Assembly: GCA_047459655.1 (NCBI GenBank)
Contig: JAJREF010000003.1
Span: 128,001 to 192,000 of the forward strand
Direction of reading: 5' to 3'
DNA length: 64,000 nucleotides
Source: Rhabdochlamydiaceae bacterium
Lineage (GTDB): Bacteria > Chlamydiota > Chlamydiia > Chlamydiales > Rhabdochlamydiaceae
This document shows, one piece after another, positions 33,658 through 43,029 of the stretch. How positions within the stretch are numbered: position 1 is the first letter of the stretch; each line of letters begins with the position of its first letter. A program made the translations under genes and the position numbers. Under the pieces are notes generated by a model, which did no database searches, was not told where the DNA came from, and worked only from the letters and a program-made list of their open reading frames with translations.

Positions 33658-35103
33658 TTAATGCGTTCTTTGTAGCTTTTCAGGAGGCTCTCCAGATGTA
33701 TTATTTTTAGTGGTATATACATGTATAACACTTTCATGATCGACCAAATGAAGAGTATCTCCTTCAGTTGGCCTGGGGATTTCTATTTCTGTTTGTGTAC
33801 CATTCGTCGATTTGACCCTTAACCAGTAACGGTCTCTAGTAGGGAAGTAAAGGCGAGAGCGAAAAAATCGATCTGTTATTCTTACAACAGATGTTAAGCT
33901 CCTTTCTGTATGTTGAGCGTTACTTGTGTAAAATTGAAACGTGTTTTCATGTTTACCAAAATGTGGGGAGAGATTAACAAAAACAATACCTTGAAATATC
34001 GGATTATTTAAGAGTTCAGAGGCAGATAGACGAGATTCGGGGTATTTTAGCATTTCCAAAAGAAATTTTGCTATTTGGGAAAGCCTTTCCTCAGAAAATT
34101 CAAGGTTGTTTGCTCCTGCTAGCAGCCGTTCGTGTAAATTACCTTCTTCCAAATATACAGATGCCATAGCTTTGTAAGCAGTTTCTATAGCACTTTCGAT
34201 GGCTGGGTCTTGTTTAGCTTCCTTCTTCCAACTTTCCCATGTCTCAAGATTGCCAAAATATTTGTTATATTCATCTTCAATTCTTTCCCATTCTTCTACA
34301 TCAACGGCTCTAAGGGGGGGTTTAAAGCTCACTTCCCCATTCTCAATTTTGAACAGTTCCTTTGCTGGTCCTTGACAAGTTTTTAAAAATATCTCAGAAG
34401 GCATCCCAATAAGCTTGCAAATCTGATGGAGGCGTTGTGCATCTCGGATTAGAGCATGTTCCATTAACCGAGGAGAGCAAGCAGGAAACAGGGGTTCTTT
34501 TAATATAACTTCAAATAAAAGAGCCGCACTACTCCATATGTCTGATTTTGTGCCAACAGGGCTTTTTAGAATAACTTCTGGGGCTCTATATTCTGGAGCT
34601 TGACACATGTTGTAGGGTTCTCCAACTTTGCCTACACTATTAAAATCTATGACTGTTAAATCATCCGATCCTTCTGGCGCTGGCCGAAAGATCAGGTTAT
34701 CTAGCTTTAGATCTCCATGAAAATAATCTCTTTTGTGTAGTGCTTCCAAACAATCTAAAAGCTGACGTGCAATTAATGCCCAATGGTATGAAGAGAGAGT
34801 GTAAGAGGGGTTGTTCAGTAATGTTACAAGGTCTCCACCGGGGATTCTGTCTGTTACAAATCCTCTTTCAAATTCTTTTCTAAACCGAGGGATGTTTGGA
34901 ACTCCAAATGTATTAAATAAATCTAAAAGACGGGCTTCTGTAGAGATAGTGTTGAGGTGTCGAGTGTGGGCTCTTTTAATGGCAACAGGTGATCCTGTTG
35001 TTAAATCTATGGCTCCAAAGACTTCTCCATAGGCTCCCCTTCCAAGCGTGTCAGTTATTTGGTAAGTTGTTCAGATGTCCCTATTTGGCGATGATGGTTC
35101 CAT
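33658..35103 (-). CDS. Eukaryote-like protein kinase (CMGC/DYRK-like); in-frame TGA at codon 11
   Basis: Manual extension gives LGRGAYGEV and VAIK, in frame with HGDLKLDN, IDFN, QAPEYRAPEV, DIWS. AGAGGA RBS precedes the ATG at 35103. Confidence 0.85.
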
Positions 35104-35241
35104 GTTATAACGATCCTCTTTTTAATTAATCGATTTAACATGTCACATTTCATTTTTTATAAAAACTAAATAAATAAAAATTAATAAACATTTTAATTTA
35201 TATGCATTAAATAATTTCAGATATTGTAAATCTATTTCTAA

Positions 35242-35404
35242 TAGACCTCTTCGAAATTCTAATGCTCTTGGATTTGAGTTCTTTTTTCGCTAGTTGGAAG
35301 ATCGATTTGTGGGTCATATTGGGTTAATATGACCCACAAATCGATCTTCCAACTAGCGGAAAATAATCTCAAATACAGGCCATTAGAATTTCGAAAGAGG
35401 TCTA
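35242..35404. repeat. Long palindromic element (family A), 163 bp
   Basis: Termini TAGACCTCTT...AAGAGGTCTA. Perfect 33-bp central stem (35288-35320 / 35326-35358) with a 5-nt loop. Confidence 0.92.
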
Positions 35405-35490
35405 ATAGTCCTCAGGACAAGTCATTTGCCGATAGTGCGTGAAAGCTAATTGGGAAAGCACCTATTGAGAGGTCTCTTGATAGGCAAAAA

Positions 35491-36855
35491 CTATTTTACT
35501 GTTACAGGAATTAAAGAAGCAATCGCTTGAGATTGTAAAAAGCGCATGCGGAGCCAGTAAAGGACAAGGCTGCTAAAATGCATGATACTAAGAACTGTCC
35601 AGAAGAGGTCAGCTTGTATAGCGACTTTATTCATCATAAAATACATGAACAAAAAGCCGTTGATCCAGCCTATAAAGCCCATGAAAAGTGAAAATTTAGT
35701 GTCTTTAAAGGCTAGTATGTAGCTGATCGGGAGGTAACCAAAAGTAAAGAATGTAAAAGAGAGCCAAATCCCGGTAAATATTTTTTGAATATTCATGCTG
35801 CCAACGTCGATAGTAGGAAACAACCAATTGAAGGTTACATGAGGAAAGCAAAGCAAGGGAATCCCTACAATAACGATCATGATAGAGGCAAGCAAGGCTC
35901 CTGAGCGTAAAGCTTTACTTAAATAAGAAAACTTTTGAGCGCCAAGGATTTGAGACACGACAGTTGTCTGTGCTTGACAAAGCGAATCTCCTAAAAAGGA
36001 AGAAAAAGAAATAGAGTACCACCGATAGAAAGGCTTAAAAGATAATCGCTGGATTTTCCTGAAGCAAGCCTTGCAATGAATACCCAGCAGATAAAGTTTA
36101 AAATCCGATTCGCAGCTCTTAAAAGGCCTGGCTGAATGCAGTGCCAAAATAACTTGAGCTGAAGCAACCAGCGATGAGAGTCAAATAAGTTGCGATTTTT
36201 TTTGGAAAGAAATGTAATGAGCAAAAAAAGACAGAAGCCCCCTTGTGCAATAAGAGTGCTAAGAACACCACCTGTTAAACCTAGACTAGGGATCCATCCC
36301 CCCATCCAAATATAAGCAAATAAGCAAATAACAGCTTAACAAGTTGTGAAGATATAGTTGCGATTACAATAAGTAGTGTTTTCCCTTGCCCTAAGTAAAA
36401 GCATGATAAGGCTGCACCTAAAGGATATAGAAAATTAATAGCCATTAGAAAACGAGCGTAAGGAACACCCACTCCGCTAAGAGCTGTATCGCGAAAATAC
36501 AAATCACTACAGATCCACCCTATAGGAAAGACGATACACATCGATAGAATAGAAAACCAAATGAACTGCCAAATACCGGGCCCAACAGACTTGTAGTTCT
36601 GTGCTCCAATCCATCTCCCCACGTATACCTGCGCCATCATAGCAAGGGCCACGCAAGGAGCTTGGAATATTTGAGCAACATACGCTGCATTGACGGCAAC
36701 TTCCATTACTTCCTTAGATATCCGAGCAAGAAAAAGCTTTTCGATCAGCAAAAGAAGATAAGTAGAAAAACTCATAAGCAAGACAGAGAAAAAAGAGCCA
36801 ACAACTCCCCCAGCCTCCCTGTCCGACCCATGATTTGTGGCTGCGCTACATCCAT
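35491..36855 (-). CDS. MATE-family efflux transporter/flippase (frameshifted)
   Basis: About 12 hydrophobic segments. VYVGRWIGA, YLGQGKT, LLIFG.GGWIPSLGLTGG...TLIAQ and VSQILGA match MATE repeats. Confidence 0.85.
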
Positions 36856-36857
36856 TC

Positions 36858-37223
36858 TTAGTTTTGGAAAACTTTCGGATGATTAGCGCCTTTAGCACAG
36901 TGCATGATCAAATGCAATACATCATCGATAGATGCACGCGCAAAAGGTCCGCCAGTATTTCCATTTTCATAGTGCCAGCCTTCTGGGCTCAGAGTGATGA
37001 CAAAAGGTCTATGTTCTATGGTTAGATCTGGGCGAAGAAATGTAACGTAGTAGCTCATTACACTTTCTCCAGCTCTTAGCAGATAGAGATACGGGGTTTT
37101 TCTTCCTCTTAATAACTTTTCTGCGGCTAATCCAGATAGGCTTTCATGCCATGCTGGATGATCGGCTATCTCTTGCTCTATAGAGCTCAAGTAGTGGGTC
37201 TGTTCTTTCAATAAAGTAGACAT
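36858..37223 (-). CDS. Stand-alone SH2-domain-like protein, 121 aa
   Basis: AWHESLSGLAAEKLL / YLYLLRAGES / YYVTF / IEHRPF / F...SIDDVL align in order with the SH2 consensus W.HG.ISR..AE.LL / FLVRES / YSLSV / VKH..I / F.SL.EL. AGGAG RBS. Confidence 0.75.
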   Translation of the reverse strand: MSTLLKEQTHYLSSIEQEIADHPAWHESLSGLAAEKLLRGRKTPYLYLLRAGESVMSYYVTFLRPDLTIEHRPFVITLSPEGWHYENGNTGGPFARASIDDVLHLIMHCAKGANHPKVFQN

Positions 37224-37225
37224 AT

Positions 37226-40200
37226 CTAATACTCCTGTTTTTTTTTGTAACAACTTCTTGCTACGCTAAATAGCCCACAAAAAGATCTGTGAAATATATT
37301 CAAATCTTTTCTTACCAGCGCTTGGGAGGGTTGGTAAAAAATGGGGACAACTGGCATCTCTTGAGATAAGATTCCTTCCGCCTGTAATAGGTAGGAAGAT
37401 CGTTGGAAGGGGTTGACTGCATGATCACTTAAATCGAGGAGATGATGAAAAGACGGGTGTTCCCATTTCGCAAAATTAATTTTTTCACTTGCATATTTAA
37501 AAGCATTGAGCGTGTAGATAGGGTCATCAATCCAAGAGCTCCAGTGTACAAGTGCCATCTGAAAATCTCCATCAGAAAGTTTACTAAAAAGTTCTCCCCA
37601 TATTAGAGACTTAAGGTTACACTCAATGCCGAAGTAGTCCTTGAATTGTTGCTTTAAGTTAAGAGCTGTATATTCTCCAATACCCTTTTGGTAGAAAAGC
37701 AAGTTAATCGGTGGAAAAGTTTGCAGAGATAACCCCAATTCCTCTAGCGCCTCATTAAAAAGTAAGCGGGCTTTTTGTACATCATGAGCTGGAAAAAGAA
37801 CGTGGTTATCAATCGAGTGAGCGTGGTTATCAATCGAGTGAGCAGAAAGAAGAGGGGAATAAGCGGGTATCAAAGGGAGAAAAGAATTAGCAATGATCTC
37901 GGCACGGTTAATGGCAAACGCGAAAGCCTGGCGTAACTTTTTATGGGAAAATAAATGGTGCGTCGTATTAAAAACACACCAGTAGACCAAACTATTGGGA
38001 AAAGAAAGAAGAGTGTCGTCTTTTTCTGCAATATACGATGGATGCCAAGATCCAAAAGGGTTGCCAATCCAATCAATCTCTTTTTCTGAAAAGCTTGTAT
38101 GGCTTGTAGAGGAGTTACACAAGTTATAATAATTTGATCCCATGATGTATAGCGAGGATCCCAGTAAAAAGGATTACGTATTAAGTGATATCCTTGACTA
38201 GGATGATTAATTTTTAATTGGAAAGGACCGTTACATGGGTAGTTTTTTTGTGATTGAAAAGGCCACTGGGGGTGTTCTTGATCTATTAGTCTATGTACAG
38301 GAGAGTAAACAGGGTGTGCTATGAGCTGCAGAAAGTGAAGAGTGGGCCGTGCAAGAACAACTTGTAGTGTCCGATCATCAATAACGCGGATTCCTACTTG
38401 ATCCAAAGGGACCCTTCCTTCTTTTGCTTCTTTCGCATTATGAATAGGGTAAAACCAGTAAGCAAAAGAAGTTTTAAAATCAGGCGAAAGGATTTTTTTC
38501 CATGCATATTCAAAATCGTATGCAGAGATAAGCGATCCATCATTCCACTGGGAATGGCGGAGTTTAAATGTGTATTCCAGCAGATTAGGAGAGATGGTAA
38601 TAACTTCTGCAATAGCATTTTCAACGCTACCGTGCTGGTCAAGCCGTGTAAGACCTTCAAAAAGAAGCCTTAATATGTTTCCCGATCCATCATCTCCCCC
38701 GATGCGGGGATCTAGAAATAGCATCAAATGCTCCAGCCCAATCCTTAGAATTTGCTGACCTTTCATTTTTTGATGCCATTTATGGAGCGCTTCTTGCAAT
38801 GCCTGGATGAAAGCGGCCGTTTCTGTCGTTTGAGAGGATAAAAGAGCGCAGTTAAAGAAGAATCTCTCTTCTATATCGATAGTATTGTATACGATTTCCG
38901 GCAAGCGGAAGATCCCATCTCGAAGCACAGCTGAAATGACATCTCTAATAGAAGGATCTTCTCCATAAACACATAAAAAAATCCCTGCATCTTGTCGGTG
39001 AATTTTAAGAGAGTAGGGGCAATCAGAGGAGATCTGTTCAAAGCGGTTTTCAAGAAAATGAGCAAAAAGGGAAAAAAGCACGTGCTCCGGCATGAAAGCC
39101 TGTTTTTCTAAAGGAACTAATCCGTAAAAAAAAGTTTCCATTAGTTCAGGATCACAGTTTGCCAGGTCTGAGAAATTGTCTTTAAAGTGCTGAAAGAGTT
39201 CTTGTTGCTTGAGGAGAATTCCTCCATTATAATCGCGGAATTCACCAATAGCTGTGACTAGTAAGGAGACAACTTTTTTTCTTGCAGCATAGAAATCCAA
39301 AGAACCGTCTGATCTTAGTAAATTATCTGTACGTAGAAGATGGAGACGGAAAACCTGTCCTTCTACAGGGCGATTTTCAAGGTGCTTAACAGTCATTATA
39401 CGTTCAGAGACAAAAGAACAGTCGAAAAAACGCTCTTTGAGTAAAAAGCGATGGAAGGGTGTTACATATACAAGTGCAATGCGAAAAATAATTTCTTCAC
39501 CCGTCTGCTGATCGAGGGTAATGTAAGCTTGGGGAAGGTCTTGAACGGATTGAATTTCTTGGTTAAGCACGAGAATATTCTTATAAATTTCTTCCTCGTT
39601 GAGACCTCTAAAAACACCAGGGGTCAGAGACTCGATACTCTTTTTGATCTTCTTGCCCAAACTAATTTTGAGTAAATTTTGTTCTTGGAAAGAAAAAACA
39701 GAACCATCTTTTTTCTCAATCTCAAGGTAGAAGAGTTTTAGATTTTTATGTTGACCTGTATGGCAATAAGAGCTCTCTTTAACTACTCTGAACTCAGGGA
39801 GATGCTTTTGCAATGAAAGTTTGATGTTTTCTTCATCGAATAATTCATACCTGCCCATCATATTGCATCCAATGAGGCAGCCCCAAACAGGTTTCGAGAA
39901 AAGGGAAATGACAAATGCGTAGGTATCCATCTGATCTCAATGCGGCGAACGTGAGGAGCGAATGTCACTGTACGAAGTAGTTTCTTTCGTAGGAGGTGGA
40001 CCGATATAACAAGGCGAACAAGGTGGGAAACGTTACGATGATCGAGGAACTCTTTTGTTCCAAGTAAATAGAGAAGGAAGAGATCGTTTAAAATGGTGTT
40101 ATCTACAATAGCTGGAAAACGGTCCAACCATTTTTGTATTTTTTTGTAAACAAGACGAAAGCAAGGATGGAAATCGAGCAAGCATGTGTTGCCTGACATC

Positions 40201-40238
40201 TCCTGGAGAAACCCTTCATCTTGTTGTAGTACGATCAT
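37226..40238 (-). CDS. ~1000-aa fusion: unknown N-terminal region plus family-5 solute-binding (OppA-like) domain, no signal peptide (frameshifts ~39900, ~38090)
   Basis: C-half: LDPR...LFEGLTRL...YTFKLR.SQWNDG...AYDFEYAW, NGPF.L, NPFYW, KLRQAFAFAINR, AE.IL..EMPVVP. The N-half is soluble and unrecognised. Confidence 0.8.
37801..37842. repeat. Perfect 21-bp tandem duplication (AHSIDNH x2)
   Basis: CGTGGTTATCAATCGAGTGAG occurs twice in tandem. Confidence 0.9.
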
Positions 40239-40397
40239 ACAGTTACCGGTCTATGGACTCTTTATTGCCTTCACATATTACCAACATGATAAAAATAAAA
40301 TCTATAAAAAAGTTTAGCAGAGTAGGAAAAACTTACAGCATACATGTTGATTTTTCCATGCAAAACGGCGTGGATTTTTTTGTAAAAATAAATGCTC

Positions 40398-40426
40398 TTG
40401 GGGCTGTTTTTTGCTAACAGCCCCAA
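40398..40426. terminator. Hairpin terminator
   Basis: TTGGGGCTGTT...AACAGCCCCAA just after the stop of 40433-41312. Confidence 0.6.
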
Positions 40427-40432
40427 TTTAGA

Positions 40433-41312
40433 CTAGCTTTGTACTAGGATGTCTTGAGGAGGATTTGGTGTGGTCGGAATATTATCTGAAGATGTTGTTG
40501 CGGCTGTGGCGTCACTTGAAGGTTTAGCTAGAGCTAATGTTAGTCTCTCACGGATTCCTGGTTCTTGAGCAAGGCTGGACAGCATTTGCACTATTTGAGT
40601 TAAAGATTGAGTGTTTTCACCTGAGGCAGTCACTTGATCTCCCAATCTCCGCGTTTCTTGAGCTATAAGAGCTCTTAATTCTTCGAGTTGTTTGGTTGTT
40701 TCTTCGAGTTGTTTGGTTGTTTCTTTATGCTTTTTCAGAGTTGCTTTGACATCTTCCCAAAGCTCTCTACTCCCATTGACTGCCGCTACAAATGCTTCCA
40801 CTTGGGGGACAAGCGAGCCTAGCTTTTCTGCAGTAGCTTGGGTGTTGTCTGCCGTTCCAGATATCTGCGTTAGTAAAGGTGTGAGTTTTGAAACTAATTC
40901 ATTAAGATCAGCGTTCGTTTTTTCCAAAGCACGATTGGTTTCTTCAAGCGTTTTAAGTTTGATGTTTTCTTGTGCGAGATAGCGAGCATACAAGAGGATA
41001 GTCAATACAAACATCCTAGCAGTTGCTAAAATAATGATTCCGAAAACAAGGCTGTAGACAACGCATGTCACTTGGTAGGCAATCGCTACCCAAAGAGTGG
41101 GGTTTCTGCGCATATCTGCTAAAATACGTGCCCTTAGGGGGAGAGTCTTCATTAGATGGAGCTGCACTTTTAAATTCGAGCACAGGTTGTGCGGCTTGAA
41201 AGACAAGGTTTGTTTTTGTGCGGGTGAGTAATAGCGCGTTATTTAATAAACCCCTTATTAGGGCAGAAGCTTGGCTTGGTGACACAGATCTTAAGTATCC
41301 TAAAGTATCCAT
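40433..41312 (-). CDS. Inc-like protein: long hydrophobic hairpin plus coiled coil (frameshift near N-terminus)
   Basis: ~38-aa hydrophobic stretch followed by heptad repeats; AGGAG RBS before the ATG at 41312; 21-bp tandem repeat at 40679-40720 (TKQLEE x2). Confidence 0.65.
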
Positions 41313-41464
41313 AAAAAACTCCTTTGTCCGAATGATTGTAAACAGAAATATTTTTTTAAGCTACTTTAATTTTTACTACTGCTTTATTTGAGAGATCTAT
41401 TGATTTCTCCTGGCAACTCAGTTATACATAGGAGGATATTAGAAAATTTTTGCGTAAGGTTTGT

Positions 41465-42262
41465 ATGGAAGAAATAAAGGAAGATCAGTTTGCAAGAGAT
41501 ACGTTAGAGAGATATGCAGGCTGTGATGTAAAAGATTTCCAGTCTAATCTGCTTCTGACAAATTTCCCTAAGTACGTCGATTATTTTGCAGAAACAAGAA
41601 ATGTACCGATCATTGAAGGATCTATGTTTAAAGTGGCACATTCTCCTAAGGAAGATGTGAGTATCTTAGACTTTAAAATAGGGTCTCCTGCCGCTGCTCT
41701 TGTGGTGAATTTGTGCTCTTTTTTGCCTATCAAAGCAAGCATTCTTCTGGGGATGTGTGGAGGCCTTCGTAGGCGTTATCAAGTAGGAGATTATGTTGTT
41801 CCTGTTGCAAGTATTCGAGGAGAGGGGACGTCTGATTTTTATTTCCCTCCAGAGGTTCCAGCGCTTGCAAATTTTTTAATGCAAAAAGCTGTTACAGAGG
41901 TTTTAGAAAGGGAAAAGAAGACCTACCATGTTGGCATCACGTTCACTACGAACATGCGTTTCTGGGAGTTCAACGAGGAATTTAAAAACAGATTAAAAGC
42001 CTCGAAAGCGCAAGCGATTGAAATGGAGTGCGCAACTCTTTTTATTGCTAGTTACAAGCTGAAATTTACGTTGGGCGCTCTTCTTCTTGTTTCTGATCTT
42101 CCGTTAAATCCTCGTGGGATTAAAACAAAAGCAAGTTCTGAAAGTGTTTTCAAGCTGCATACAGCCTCTCACGTAGAAACTGGCGTTAATGCTCTAAAGT
42201 TAGCACGAGAGCTGCAGGCTCATCATGTTAAGGGAGCTTATCACCGTAATAAAGGTATGTGA
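41465..42262 (+). CDS. amn: AMP nucleosidase
   Basis: LLTNF, FKIGSP.AA, LGMCGGL, IRGEGTS, RFWE, IEMECATLF, LLVSDLP. Confidence 0.9.
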   Translation: MEEIKEDQFARDTLERYAGCDVKDFQSNLLLTNFPKYVDYFAETRNVPIIEGSMFKVAHSPKEDVSILDFKIGSPAAALVVNLCSFLPIKASILLGMCGGLRRRYQVGDYVVPVASIRGEGTSDFYFPPEVPALANFLMQKAVTEVLEREKKTYHVGITFTTNMRFWEFNEEFKNRLKASKAQAIEMECATLFIASYKLKFTLGALLLVSDLPLNPRGIKTKASSESVFKLHTASHVETGVNALKLARELQAHHVKGAYHRNKGM

Positions 42263-42304
42263 GACCTCTAGGGAATTCTAGAGGCCTTTGATGTTTCTGA
42301 TCGA

Positions 42305-42937
42305 TTATTTGGTGATTGTCCAATGAGCAAGGGCTTTTGCAGCAGCAGGTGTGCTAAATAGCGCAAAGCATACCGCAGCAAATCCTGCGCATACAAGAGC
42401 CGTGCAAGCGTATTGTTTTTTCGTGTCTTTATTACTCCAATAAGCTTTGCCTAATAATCCAAGTCCAAGCGCGGCAATACCTGCTACGCCGACAGGCAGA
42501 GAATACTGGGTGCTGAATGCTAATGCTTTGGCTGGTAGAGAGTTTAATTGATTTTGAAGGGAATCCACTTGTGCATTTGATGCGGTGAGTTGTTCTTGGA
42601 GTTTTGTAATTTTGTCGCCTGTTCGTTTCTCTACATCTTCCTTAACGCTGTCATATAAGTCTTGGGCCTTTGTAGTAATCTCATTTAGTACTGTATGTAT
42701 GTTTCTACGCATTTCATCGCATTCAGCTGTTTTTCCTGCTAATGCAGTCGTGAGTTCATCAACACGTCCTGTCAATTGCCTCCATAGGTCTGAGATTTGT
42801 GCAATAAATGCTCCGACTAACTCATTTACTTTCTCTCTAGAAACGAGTTGAGTAGAGGCATCGGGATTTTCTGAGAGTGAAACTTGGTGTGGGAGTCCCT
42901 TGATACCATCTTGAAAATCGGCAATTAATGTATCCAT
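42305..42937 (-). CDS. Coiled-coil protein with two C-terminal hydrophobic segments (Inc-like)
   Basis: AGGAGA RBS; heptad-rich N-terminal region; two transmembrane segments at the C-terminus. Confidence 0.65.
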   Translation of the reverse strand: MDTLIADFQDGIKGLPHQVSLSENPDASTQLVSREKVNELVGAFIAQISDLWRQLTGRVDELTTALAGKTAECDEMRRNIHTVLNEITTKAQDLYDSVKEDVEKRTGDKITKLQEQLTASNAQVDSLQNQLNSLPAKALAFSTQYSLPVGVAGIAALGLGLLGKAYWSNKDTKKQYACTALVCAGFAAVCFALFSTPAAAKALAHWTITK

Positions 42938-43029
42938 AAAATCTCCTTGGTTAATTGAATCTGGTTAAAACGATACAAAGGTTATGACATATAAATTATT
43001 AAAAAACAAGGAGTGTGAATTATTAAAAT

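Noticed and set aside
35071..35073. TGA recoding or an alternative genetic code
   Set aside because: Only one in-frame TGA was seen, and TGA is used as a normal stop elsewhere (glyA, dapF, amn).
42262..42287. AGACCTCTAG-GGAATT-CTAGAGGCCT as a minimal family-A element
   Set aside because: It is too short, and its position between convergent stop codons fits an ordinary terminator.
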